Virus record (IMG/VR): IMGVR_UViG_3300021400_000025
Coordinates: 342,479 to 406,478 of that record
Direction: 5' to 3' (one strand)
Length of the DNA: 64,000 bases
DNA from: a virus
Lineage: Duplodnaviria; Heunggongvirae; Uroviricota; Caudoviricetes
Shown: positions 1 to 12,400 of the stretch, piece after piece
Layout of the letters: each line of letters opens with the position of its first letter
Position numbering within the stretch: the first letter of the stretch is position 1
Made by a program: the position numbers and the translations under genes
Notes under the pieces: generated by a model
The model's database searches: none
Told to the model about the DNA's origin: nothing
The model's input: the letters and a program-made list of their open reading frames with translations, nothing else

Positions 1-1368
1 TCCAATCGTGGCTATTTGCTGCTCCTTCCATTGCTGGTCCCTTCCTGGAACATCATACCACAGGAATCGAAACGCTTTCCAGTTCTCGTCTGACTTCACG
101 TTGGGGTCTGTTGCCTATTGCCATGTGTCGTAGAACAGGTTGTTGTATGTCCCATTTGGCGTTGACACCATGATTGCCTTTGAGTCCTTTGAGGACGAAA
201 GCACTGGGAACACAGAAGCCATGAACTCGTCGGCAACATGCTTGGGGATGAAGGCTGCCTCATCCAATACGAGCAAACTGGCAGAGAATCCACGTGTGCC
301 ACTTGAACCTGTGGCGAAGCATCTGATCGTGGAATTGTTCTCAAACTCAATGCACTGCTTGTTGTATGTGACCACACCTATCTTGATTGCGGATGGACAG
401 TATTCATATCCCAATCTAATTCTGTCCATGATTTCAATTGCGATATTCAACTGGTTTCCACATATCATAACCCGCTTATGCGCGTGATACATCGCATACC
501 ACAGAATGAACACTGTGTAGATGGTGGTGTTGTGGGAGAGAATACCGTTGGTATAGTATCTATGGTTCGTTGTCTCGGGAAGTTCAACATCATACATGTT
601 CTCGCTTCTATCAGTCTTGACAACATCCACAACCTTATCCAGACCATCTTCAGTCCATATCATCTATCCTGGATTCAGATTCTTGACAAACACCTCGTTC
701 CAATCCTAGTCAAACACTATGTGGTCGTCAGCACATTCAAGCACATGATTCTATGTTCTGAGAATCCAAACATCATACTAGATTGTCTTGTGTATTGCCT
801 TGACATCATCAAAAACTGTGTCTGTCAAAACCTGATACTTCCCATCAACATCTACAGAATCCACGAACTTTCCACTTGAATCTTCTATGTCATAATGCGG
901 AAAGCCATAGTTGTCAAAGAAATCTCCAACTGAAATTGTTTCAATCCATCCAGTAGATACTTCACGAATCGTTATTGTGCTGTTGGCACATTGGCACTTA
1001 CCAACCTAACGTGACGCGCAAACTATGGCCCTATTGTTGTCCTATATGAACTTCAGAAGTTCCGCCTGCTTTGGGTATGGGTCAAGTGTGATTAGACCAT
1101 CCCTTTGAGACACAATCTTGAAATACTTGCGGCAGAAATACAGAACATCGTTCTTGCATCTCTTTATCTCCTTTGCCCGCTCCTTGAACTGCTATGGAGT
1201 CAGAATCTCCTTCTCGCCAGCTTTCTTGATTGATGCCAGCTCCTCCTAGCCGTTCTACTTGTCCTTTGGTATGTTTGCAGACGCCAGCTATGGTCCATTG
1301 CTCTATCCATCCAGACCAAGGTTCTCGAACCTGTCTATCGTCGGCTTGTCAAATCCCTTCTCTCCCAT
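1..1368 (-). CDS. terL: Large terminase subunit (T4 gp17-like), intein-containing, TAG-recoded, runs off the window start
   Basis: With TAG=Gln the frame is open from ATG at 1368: EIKRCKNDVLYFCRKYFKI, Walker A ASR*VGK[intein]TT, Walker B LLVLDEAAF, VSTPNG, WYDVPGRDQQW. It has 12 in-frame TAGs in 456 codons. Confidence 0.95.
529..996 (-). mobile_element. Mini-intein (156 aa, no endonuclease) in the terminase Walker A loop
   Basis: Starts with Cys directly after GK. Block B-like LECADDH, block F MYDVE, C-terminal GILSHN followed by Thr+1. Confidence 0.92.
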
Positions 1369-1374
1369 GACACA

Positions 1375-2124
1375 TCATGCTTTAAGTCCCCTCGTTGGAC
1401 TTGGAAGAACCAATCTCCTGCCATCATCAACACTTGACATCAACGTTGAGAAAAAGCCACATGGAGAACAATATGACGAAATCACTATCATGTGCGCCTT
1501 GAACTTCTCAAACTGCTCTGGCGAAAGTTCCCTTGCGTAAACTGAATTCAGCAAAAACCTGTCCAGATGACTCTTGCTCAACCCATTAAGGCTGTAGTTG
1601 TCCCAGAAATCGAACTCGTCAAGAATGTATGTATAGTTCTCGTTGGTCAAGTCATTTGCCATCATGGTGCTTGGAGATATGAAATGCACATTGTTTGGAG
1701 AATGAATGAACAAACCAGTGTCAGATATATTTCCATACAGCTCCTTCATGCGTTCCTTCATTCTCAAGTTTGGCTCGACGATGAACACATAATGGTCTGG
1801 ACCGAAGAATGTGGTTTTCCAATATGCGAACACGTTGTTTGCGGTTGATATTCCAATCTGACGTCCCTTTGCGCAGAAGAAAAAGTCTGGCGTTGTTGAA
1901 ATGCGCTTGAGATATTCCCTTTGCTGATGTGACATCTTCAACTTGCCGTAGAAATCATCGTCCACAACAAGGTAGTTGTCCACGAAGTAGAGAATGTCGT
2001 TCTTGCACTTCTCTAACTCAGTTGGCTCGGATTTGACCAACTTGCTGATTGCAAATGCTGGCATGCAACTGCAGGTTGCTCCAGCAAGCAACGAACCCAA
2101 AAATTGTTTTCTGTTGATGTTCAT
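1375..2124 (-). CDS. Terminase ATPase-domain paralog with a Tat-like signal peptide
   Basis: N-terminus NRKQFL plus hydrophobic stretch and AFA. ELEKCKNDILYFVDNY, KGRQIGIST, YILDEFDF. No nuclease domain and no TAG. Confidence 0.7.
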   Translation of the reverse strand: MNINRKQFLGSLLAGATCSCMPAFAISKLVKSEPTELEKCKNDILYFVDNYLVVDDDFYGKLKMSHQQREYLKRISTTPDFFFCAKGRQIGISTANNVFAYWKTTFFGPDHYVFIVEPNLRMKERMKELYGNISDTGLFIHSPNNVHFISPSTMMANDLTNENYTYILDEFDFWDNYSLNGLSKSHLDRFLLNSVYARELSPEQFEKFKAHMIVISSYCSPCGFFSTLMSSVDDGRRLVLPSPTRGLKA

Positions 2125-2143
2125 AATATGTAATTATACAAAA

Positions 2144-2173
2144 ATGCGCCTGGTGTATTTCAACCAGACGCAT
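2144..2173 (-). terminator. Stem-loop downstream of the AAA ATPase gene
   Basis: Inverted repeat atgcgcctgg...ccagacgcat, followed by a T-run on the minus strand. Confidence 0.5.
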
Positions 2174-2200
2174 CCCCTTTGTTGTTGTGAGGAAGGGAGA

Positions 2201-3331
2201 TCAGACCTCATGGGATTCGTTGAGGTTCTTGCCGAACTTCTCGCGCCACTCCTTGTAGGACGGATGGCGCATCATCGTCATAACGGCCACGGACTTGGAA
2301 ACGCTCTCGGTTCCGGCACGCGCAGCCTGCATCGCCATCGTGGCGAAGGCGGGCGGGAGGAACATGGAAATGCGCAGGAAGCCATCCACCAGCTTCTTGG
2401 TCTCGGCATCGTCCTTGCCACGCCAGACATGATACACCATCGCGGAGCAAAGGGCATACTTGAGGTCGTCGCGAGACGGGACAACCACCTTCTTCTTGGG
2501 GTCGGTCATCATCTCAAGCACATTGTCCATCTGGGCAGACAACTTGTAGAACTCCATGAACTGCTGTCCGGCAGGGACGCCAACCAGACCATAGACGGCC
2601 TTGCGGAGAAGGGTCTCGTTCTTGAGAACCTTGCACATCTCGGAGACGCGCTCCCACGAACGAGGGGTCGGGAACCCACGCTCCAGATTCTGGTCATCCA
2701 CATCCAGAAGCATCTTCGGCTTGAAATTGATGAAGCCAACCACTGCCGGATGGACGCCATGCGAAACAGCCCACTCAGCCCAATCCTGGGCATTCGCCTC
2801 AATCTCAAGGTGCATCATGCGGTTGGCAAGCGCACTGGACATCGTGGTGGAGACTGCGCGGTCGCAAGAGCGGTTGCCGGCAGCCACAATCACCCACTTG
2901 GACGGCACCTTGTAGATGTCGCCCCCACCAAGCTGGCGGTCAAGGATCAACTCGTAGGACGCAACCTGGACATCCTTCGGCGCAGCGCTCAGCTCGTCGA
3001 GGAAGATGATGCCACCCTTGGAGTTGTCGGTGGGGAAGATGGACGAAGGAAGCCACTGGACGCAATGCTTCTCCTTGTCGGGAAGGGGAAGACCACGGAT
3101 GTCGATGGACTCCATCTGAGCCAATCTGACATCCACGAAGCCAAGACCCATTTCCTTGGCGAGGGACTTGACGATGGTGGACTTGCCCACTCCGGGCGCG
3201 CCCCAGACCATCACAGGGGGGAGGCTTGCCGACATGGTGTCGTCGGCCTGAACAGCCTCAATGGACGAGCGCAGGATGTCCTGCAACTCACTCGCGTGAA
3301 CCACATTATGCGTATTAATCGCCATAACCAA
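2201..3331 (-). CDS. MoxR-like AAA+ ATPase
   Basis: Walker A WGAPGVGKS, Walker B IIFLDEL, AAGN, ALANRM, PTPRSW. Confidence 0.88.
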   Translation of the reverse strand: MVMAINTHNVVHASELQDILRSSIEAVQADDTMSASLPPVMVWGAPGVGKSTIVKSLAKEMGLGFVDVRLAQMESIDIRGLPLPDKEKHCVQWLPSSIFPTDNSKGGIIFLDELSAAPKDVQVASYELILDRQLGGGDIYKVPSKWVIVAAGNRSCDRAVSTTMSSALANRMMHLEIEANAQDWAEWAVSHGVHPAVVGFINFKPKMLLDVDDQNLERGFPTPRSWERVSEMCKVLKNETLLRKAVYGLVGVPAGQQFMEFYKLSAQMDNVLEMMTDPKKKVVVPSRDDLKYALCSAMVYHVWRGKDDAETKKLVDGFLRISMFLPPAFATMAMQAARAGTESVSKSVAVMTMMRHPSYKEWREKFGKNLNESHEV

Positions 3332-3344
3332 CTATCTCCTTCTA

Positions 3345-3441
3345 GGGAACTCGTGGGCATCCCAATCTCCCATAGGAGAGAACCCTTCTCTCCCTCACAA
3401 CGCCTATATTATATCATATTTCAGAGAGGAGCACAAGGGGG
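3345..3441 (-). promoter_or_regulatory. Early sigma70-type promoter plus conserved 19-bp leader element
   Basis: CCCCC-TTGTGC-N17-TATAAT-ATAGGCGTTGTGAG. GGGATGCCCACGAGTTCCC (3345-3363) is identical to 25689-25707. Confidence 0.75.
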
Positions 3442-3476
3442 TTTGCGAAAATAATTTCATTTTCATAATTGAAAAA

Positions 3477-6400
3477 TCAAGGCAATTTCTCATAGACATT
3501 GTTGATTTGTTCAATATCTTTGGATATGCCAAAGAGCATTTTGGAGATTCGCCATGCGCAGAACTCCTCAGGCTCTGGCAATACGCCAATCACCTTGTAT
3601 TTGTACCACGCAATGAGATCCAGATTTGGCTCCTGTTCCTCGAAGTTCAACCCAAGATTTCCAGAAGGTGGATATGCAGATGTTGTGCCAGCTCTGCAGC
3701 AATATTCCCATTGGGCCTCTGTTGGAAGGTCGAAGTTGATGCCACCCTCCTTCCCAGAACACCATTCCTTCTTGCGTTTGGACTTTGTAAGTCCTAGGCA
3801 GTTGTCACGCGCTTCCATCAAATATGGCATCAATGGGCTTTCCCCGAACTAGTCATATTCCCCATCAGCAATTTGGGCAACAGCCTGTTCTATTGTTTTA
3901 CCCTATCCAACCAAAGTATCAATTTTCTGTTCATACCACTTAACTTGACCTTTGAATGTTTCTGTCTCCCATTCTGAATCCGGTGGAGGTTCAGAGTTTC
4001 CATATATTCTCCTCTGGGTCTGGAACACCACATTGCGGTTGAGGATGTCCATGAAGGATTCTGTTCCAGATCGAGTGTTCATCTGGAACTCATCGCCTTT
4101 GTTGGAATCTATGATGTAGTCGTTTCCAGATGGTACACCACGATTCACATAAGTCTGACCGGTTCCTCTGACATCTTTGTATGTGGCGTAGTAGTATGGG
4201 CGGGTGTCTTCAAGTGGATTGTATATACCATCTGCAATCAATTCCCCAATGAAGATGTCGTCATCGTCAACAGTATATCCCACTTGTTCTGAGGTTCTAG
4301 TCTTGCTTCGATATTCCTCCTTCAATTGCGCCCATTCCTCCTTCTCCCACACAGACAGGTACTTCCAATAGGACTTCTGCATCTCAGGCAATTTGTCGGC
4401 AAGATAAGTTCTTGCAGAAGATTGGGCATTCTATCCATGCACATAGCACCACTGGGCAATCGTCAACGCGAACGGGTCAATGAAGAAATGCTTGTTCTTG
4501 AAATACTTCTTCACCATCTTTGGCGTTCGCACATATCCAGTTTCATCTGGATTTTTGCCATTTTTATCCTGGAGTAAAATGACTTCACCATTCTTATCCC
4601 TTGCTTCAACCTCAATGTTGTTGTACAAATCCTTGTCTTTATCATACCCATCTGGATCTGTGGAATCATCGTCCAAGTTCTTGTTGACATACTGTTTTTG
4701 ATATGAACCACCATTGCCGAGAACCACCTTGGCGTGGTCGTTCTTGGCTTGAATGAGGACAGAATCATCGTCGGCATATCTGATTTTGGACTCCTTGCGA
4801 ATCTAGTCATAGTCGCTGGCGTGGCTCCCCATGCTGAATTCAACGAACTTGTCCCCGGAGATGGCATCCACTCTGCTGAGAACCATCTTGCTCGTCTTGT
4901 ATTCGTTCTGGTTGACAGATATGTTGGATGCGAACTTCATTGGGAATTTGCCAGTGATGTCGTCAGAAGATGCCGTTGGGTTCAAGTCCACGATGCAATG
5001 GGTGAATTGGAACTGCTTCCCAGCCTGGAACTGGCCATTCTTGAATGAATTACTGAATATCACATTTGAACCTTCAAAATCCATTATGGGCAGAACCTTC
5101 ATCGCCAATGTGTTCTCCTCGTCCTCGTAGTCAGTGACAAGTCTCCCCTTGGAGTCAGTGAGATTGGAAAGTATCTGGGAATGCCAACGATACGCCATCA
5201 TCAATGGCATTGCTTTCTTCAGATTGACATAGAAATCATATATCTTCCCATAGTTGTTCTGCCAATACTGATCATTTCCAGACTTCCTGCTAACGGATGA
5301 GTCGAGGGCTTTGGCTATGATTGCGTCTCGCCAATAGTCTGGATATTTTTTGTTTTTGGTTGGATACAGAAGCTCAGCAAGCACACTTTCATCATCAATT
5401 TTCTTGCCGCTGGCCATCGCTACTCTGGATGAAGTCAAGGTTTCTTTTGTCGTGTTGATTGGCTTGTTCCTCGCGTCCAACGTCACAATCTTCAAAACAC
5501 CCCCTGATTCATCATATCCATAACCATTATAATCCACAGTGACATAATCCACTGGTTGATATATGTCTTTTGAATCGCCATTCAAGTTGAAGGACAGCGA
5601 ACTGTATATGTAGTCCAAGAGACCAGAAAATGTTGTGTCTGTTCCTTTTGGGGCTTGATTATAGTCCCATTTGAATGCACCCTTCCAAGTCCAATCTGCG
5701 TAGAACACAACGTAGTCCACTGTGTCAGCATCAAGAAGTTTGCGCTGTGTTGTCCAATCTGAAATTGTATAGATGTGGACATTTGCAATCTACAACTATC
5801 CCAAGACATTTTCATTTAATAATTCCGCCAATTTGTCATCTTGATCAGTTCCAGTATAATCATACCCACGCCCCAATTGGGTGAACAAATATTGGCAGAC
5901 ATATCTGGAGTTGCCGAAGATGTCAGAAACAGACAATGGTTTGTTTGTAGAGGTTTTTGATTTGTTGAACCCTTCTTGTTTTTTTGTTCTCCATTTCCAT
6001 GGAACACACAACACAAACACAATATCCTTCTTATTGGTATCATTGATCAATTTCTATATTGTATCCCATTTGATGTTCTTCCTTCTTCCGAAGACTATTG
6101 TGTTGGTGTCATATGGATTGGCCATCGTGTTTCCAAACACTGCTCTAAACGTGGTGTAATGTGACGATTTGACTTTATTGTTGGCTTGGCTTTGCTTTTT
6201 CCACCACTTTATGCAGGAATTCGTCACATCCGTCCAAGAAGTGACATTGTTGCTGGGATCTTGCAAATCTGGAGGGAGCATTCTGTTCTTCAAGTCATCA
6301 GTGAACAAGTCATCGTTTGGCAAGAACATGCTCTCTGGATCAGACTTGAAGTTTTTCAGTGGCGCAGGCGCATTCGAGTCAGACACCATGATATATGTGT

Positions 6401-9400
6401 TGGTTGGTGGTATCTATTGCGCAGTGGCCAAGTATTGGCGCAGAGCATGGAAGCCGAGCGTGTTCGCGCCATTGTAGTGCATTTTCTTGGACTTTCCATC
6501 TGATTCATAGACATATCCTGGAAATGCGCCTTTGCCAAGACCATTCCATTGACTCAACCCAAACACCTGTCGGACAAACTGGCTTGTGGACAGTCCATAC
6601 CATCCATCCATGCTCTGGGTTGCTGCTATCTTGGATGACAACTTTGAATCATTTGGCAAAGAACGTGGTTTCAAAGTGGTGACTGTGTGATCCCAAGTTC
6701 TTTTGCCATTGCCTCCATCCTCAAACAGAATCCTTCTGATTTCTGCCGCAGAATCCAGCATGCCCGTTGTTCCACTATCATTCACATCTATGTTGACCAG
6801 AAAATCATTCAACGCCGAGCGATCAGCATCCCGCAGGACATCCAGACAATATGGGTCAAGCACATCAGATTTGGTCTCGCCAGACTGCACCAAGCACCCC
6901 TTCTTGTCTTTGGTGATGTCTGGAATGTACTTTTTCCAGGATTCTTTTGATCCTGAATATTTATCATATGTTCGGGACATTTCATTGTCGAACTCGTTGG
7001 AATACACGAACACCAACCTGGGGACATTCTTTCTGAACACATAGCCAAAGGGGTTTCCAGCATCTCCCGTCTTGGGTGCGCACCACCCACCGTTCAGCAG
7101 ACGATATATCGTATGGGTTATGTCTTCGCATCCGGCCCACCAATTGGACAATGTTCCCTTTCCATCGCCATGCTTCCCAAACGGCCACTCAAATGTGTTC
7201 TTGCCCCCTGGGGTTGGGTCATATGTGTAGAATTGTTGTGAGGTGTAGAATGGATTGTCGTCCACCTCCCCATCGCCATCATTTGTTTTAATGTTGTATT
7301 TCTTCCAGAACTCGTTTTCTTCTTCCCCTTTTGCTATCCCACCAAAGTGAAGGATGGCTGTATCATCATCTCCAGGGGTCAGATATTCCTTCCACGCTGG
7401 AACACCACAGAAGATGTTCATGCTGAAATCTTTGCCAGAAAACGAAGGAGATACTAGCCATTGTTTAACATATGTTCCAGTTAAATCTATGTCAATTCCT
7501 CCTCCACCACCGCCTGGACCAGGCACTGGATTTGGAGGAGTCTATCCCCCAACTCCACTGACGTCACCTCTGGCAGTCATCATCAACTTCGCTCTGTTGG
7601 ATGATGGTGGTGTATAGTTCATCCATTCATCGTTCTGGAATTCTCTGAACTTGAACAGAAGTCCTCCTTTTGTCTTCAAACCGTCCCTCTCTTCGAACAC
7701 CGCTTTCCAATTCAAGTTGTCTGGACTAACACTAAGCCAATCATATGCCCCCTGTTTGACTGGGCCTTGAACCCAACCTGTGTGGGCAGAATTGGGGACA
7801 AATGAACTATATGGACATGAACTGTAAACACCCATATTGTCACAATTATAATACTTGTATGGATCACTATATGTGGCTGAACCCCATATTGGTAGTGGAA
7901 CACCAAAGACCTTCACCACTCCCAGACGGGGTCTTTGTCCCCATACTCTGACACTTTCGCTTTCCTCAAAGCTCCAAGCATGTTGTGTAACCTTCTTCAC
8001 TTTCTTGGCGCACATCAAGCGCAATCTTGGTCCGAGGAACAACGCTGAACCCACATGGCATATGTCTTGTTGTTCCAGATCATTATTGTTTGATGGCGAG
8101 CCGGCGAAGAACTTGACAATCTTCTTCGCAGAATCAACCATGTCAGTCACCTGGTGATCCTGTGAACCAGAGGCATCGAACAAGAAGAACAAATCCACCG
8201 GCTGTCCACGCGACCATCCACCCTCGTTCTCGGATGTGAACACCATTGATGGTCTGAATCCAACATTCCCCCCATTGCCATCAACATGATGCTTCGAGCA
8301 GAACTGATCCCACTTCAGCCCCTCTCTGCTTGGCGATATCGTCTTGCGGCAGAATTCGTCATATGCTCCACCCTTGATGACCTTCTTTGGCGATTCTTCA
8401 CCACTCTATGTTCCCACAATTGGATTCACCTTGCCATTCAACTTGGAAATAGGATTGTCAGATTCATCCCAATCGTCTCTCACCCATTCCCAGACATTTC
8501 CAAGCATGTCGTACATCTCAATCTCCTGCGAGGGAGACTGCAACTTTCCCACTCTATGGATCATCAAATCGTTGAACGTCCACTCGTATCTCCAATACAA
8601 CTGTGGTATCACTTGGAAGGTTATGCCCTTGAGTTGCTCCACGGTGACGTCATGCACATCATCTGTCATCGTCTCCATGCTTGTGTACAACGGAATTATC
8701 TGTCTGTTCATCACCACTTGTTGGATGTGCCTAATCCACTTCTTGGTTGGGTCGTCCTTCTGCCTTTCAGACTGTGGATACTCGACATCCAGGTTCAAGG
8801 GGGAAATCATGTTCACATCCACATCCCCCAGATTCTTGGCATATGTCGCGTGGTCGCCAATCGTGTAGCTGGTTGGGAGATCCCCATTCTGATGTCCCTT
8901 GTATATGTGATACTCTGAAGATTCTTCTGAAGATGGTCTTATGCCAGTTTCTTCTGAATCCACTCCATCAAGGGTGGACACCACGAAATTATGCCTATGC
9001 TGGCGTATCTTCTCGAAACTCCAAGTGTCCTCGTTCTCATCTGAATCTGGTTTTTTCCTCACATCCCCAGTGAACATCACCAACGATGACTCATGCTCCC
9101 TTGCGTTCCTCTCCAAGATGGACGAGATTTGGACAAATGAGTTCGTCCACTGCACAACACAAGGATTTCCTTCATATGTGTTGGACTTGTCTATGCTCCC
9201 AAATGTGAAGTCATCTTTTACTGGATGTGCTGCCTATGTCTGCTTGTATGTGCGGTAGATGCCCTTGACAATCTTGTGGGTTCTGGCTTCAAGTTCACTC
9301 CACGAAGATTGATCGTTCCCGAGGGGGCGGTGCTTGTTCTTGAACCACTTGATGAAGACATAGTGCCTCACCACATTCCACAGATTCCATGTCATTGGTC

Positions 9401-12400
9401 TGTCCTTGATGGATTCCAGGATGTCTTCATTCAATTCATCTGGGACGAATCCATTGAATGCTCCATCGCCATGCGCATTCTCCCCCAGCCAATACTTGTC
9501 CTCGGTTGGGTCTTCATGCTGGTTGGTTCCGAATGGCGAGTCCTGATGCACCTTCCACTTCTCGTTGGAGCCTGCGCAATTTGGGTCGAACGCCCCCTTG
9601 TAGACGTTTCCTGAATTGTCCCCCTGCAGGACTGTGCCACCAAGATTGTTGCGCGAGAAATCAGCGCCCAATGTGTGCTGGACAGCATGCCATCTCTGCT
9701 CGGAGACCACCTTGTCCACAGTCTTCCTTATGGGATTTCCTGTGGTGGGATCGATCGTGACCTGCTCATCGTTCCTCAACTGTGGTCCAGAATAGCACCA
9801 ACCACCTTTCTCGTAGTTCAACTTGGCGTTGCTTTCAAGCCCATAGCAATCCACTGTCGGACCATTGTTGTCGGCGCCCCTGTTGCGCCACCAGAAGACG
9901 AATGGCATTATGTCCTCAATCTCAACAACCTCTTCCTGCCCCTCCAATGGCTCAACCATCGTTATGTAGAACCACACGGAATCCTCATCGAAGTCGTCTA
10001 TGGCATGGGCTTGTCCAAGGTTGTGATTGTACTTGAAAGCACCATCGTCCTTCAGAAGATACGAGCCTGTCTTGTCGTAATCGTCAACCCAATCGTGTTC
10101 CGGGAATCTGAATGTGTCTGGATCAAGGTTGGGGCATTCAGAACCATATACAGCGTTGAAATCGTTGTCGATTGCAGTCAGTTCCTTCAACTGCGAGAAC
10201 GAGAGCATGCTTCTGGGCTTCATGGCGAGGACTTCAAGGGCGTTCTTCCCATGATGATGCCTTGCCAGAAATTCGCATGTTTTGACAACATCGCCAAACT
10301 CTGAATCCAGATTTCTCCCCTGATTGCTGGTCTCGAATATGACGCCGTTGATGTGGTCGGAATTGGATGGGCGTTCCTTTGGCCCATATGTGTCCAACAT
10401 GAACGAAAACAACTCGTTGTTCCGCCTCTTGTTGAAGAATGGCTGGATGAAGTATGTCCAGTCCCTTCTGCCGTAGAGATAGCACCATGTGTCCTTGGCA
10501 TTGTCTTCGAGACGGCCATCAATCTTGTCGCCAATCCACTTCTTGTAGATGTTGGCAAGATCGCTGTCCAATTGGAGGAAGTTGTTCCCCCCAATCCTGT
10601 TGTGGTGGTCGTAGGAGGACGGAACATACAACGCCTGTTCGTTGTACTGCATGTCCACCATCGTCTTGGATGGGATTGTACACCACCCAAACACGCCATA
10701 GTCGTTGTTCACATCTGCCTCGTACTTGGTCTCCGCTCCTTGGCACTCGTCGAATATGTCTCTGACGTTTGGCATCACCAATGGGCGATACTTCTTCACC
10801 ACTGATGTGAATGTCTGAACCTGCTTGTTGTTGCGCTGTATCTCCGGGCCCCTTGTGGGCACAAAGTCGTTCATGTCGGTGGGGGACTGGATTGCCGAAT
10901 TTCCATGCAGATGCAATGGCTCCACGGCATAGTATTCCTGCCACACATCCACAAGCACTGGCAAGGGGTTTCCATTTCTGTCCTGCACTTGCACAAGACC
11001 CCTCTTGTAGTCGTAGCAGAGCCAGTCCTCGGAATAGTGACAGCCATCGTGCATCAAATCTCTGTTCACTGGGGATATTGGAGTCTTGACCGACCCATTG
11101 GATGTGCAAATCAACTTTCCATCCACCACCTGGTTCGCGGCGTGGAGATTGGAGAACTTCAACTCCACAGTTGGCTCGAACGAAATCCAATGGCTTCCAC
11201 AGATGATTGGAGAGGTGGCTTCTTCTTCCCCTTCACACACTATATCGTCAGTGTCTGGATTGCACACCAGGGAATTGGGCACAGTCCAACCATACCACCA
11301 GTTGGTCTCATCCTCAATCCATTCCTTGAAGAAGAACTCTGTCTCGGCTATGTGGATGTTGATTTTGAACAATGCGTTCAGAAGGTTCTTGACGTCCTCT
11401 ATTTGGATCAGAGACCCGGGCTGGAAATCCACATTGGCGTTCCACACCCCCTCAATCATCTTCAGATATGGGCAACCAGGTTCAGTCTTCCAATTGTAGT
11501 CCCGAGGATGCATGCCACCAAATGTGCATACATTCCTTTCCGCGGCATAGTATTCGCATTCAAGATCATCTGGGTCGCTTCGTCCATCCATCATTGGGCA
11601 TATCACCAATGGCGTCTGACTGACCACGATTTCCTCGTCTGGGAAGGTCTGCATCTTGTCATATACTGCTTCGAACACGCAATCGGAAAGCACTGTATAT
11701 GAAGACGAAATGTTCCCCGACTTCAATTTCCAATATCTGAACACGCATCCATTAGGAACATCTGCTTCTGGGACCACATGTCCCTTGAGGGGAGAGTTTT
11801 CCTGCACTAGATATGACTGTGTCTTTTCAGGTTCATCATCATCGGTTCCCCATTTGAATGTCACATTGAAATACTGGGAAGTGTCTTTGCCCAATCGGGC
11901 GTTCACCACGAAGTTCCATGTGGAGACATTGGTCGGATGGCACATCACACTTCCATCTTGACCATCGCACACAATTGGAGAGGTATCTTTGCACACGATG
12001 TCGCCTGATGTTGCTCCACCACACACAATGTAGTCAGGTGGTGGATTGAGTGGGTTGAGGCACACGATGTCGTCATTGTCGCACACAACAAACGATTGCG
12101 AGTTGTCCAACTCCCCATCCAATATCCTGCCTTCTGGCTGATCCCACCCCAAGAACACCCAGTCGTTCTTCATGCCTGGAGGACATGTTGGGTAGACCAA
12201 TTTCCCATCAGTGGTGGAGACCAGCACTTCACAATATACCTTGCCATTCACCTCGAAATCCACCCTGCTCCAAGTGGCGTCCTCCCATTGGGCGGAGAAC
12301 ACAACCACAGGAGAAGAGGATCCCACATTGCCTTGTATCCGAACCCTGTTGCCTGGACTGAATCTATTGTCCAAATCGAATTGGGAAGTCATGCATCTCC

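Noticed and set aside
2201-3331. MoxR-vWA functional pair with the adjacent giant protein
   Set aside because: The ATPase has its own early promoter and no TAG while the vWA protein is late and recoded, so adjacency alone is weak evidence.
1994-3454. Long antisense ORFs (also 19050..20027, 42247..43311, 57397..58173)
   Set aside because: They are shadows of well-supported opposite-strand genes and contain no recognisable motifs.
8250-8600. Diversity-generating retroelement target (CLec fold)
   Set aside because: No reverse transcriptase and no template repeat with adenine-specific mismatches was seen in this window; one elsewhere in the genome cannot be excluded.
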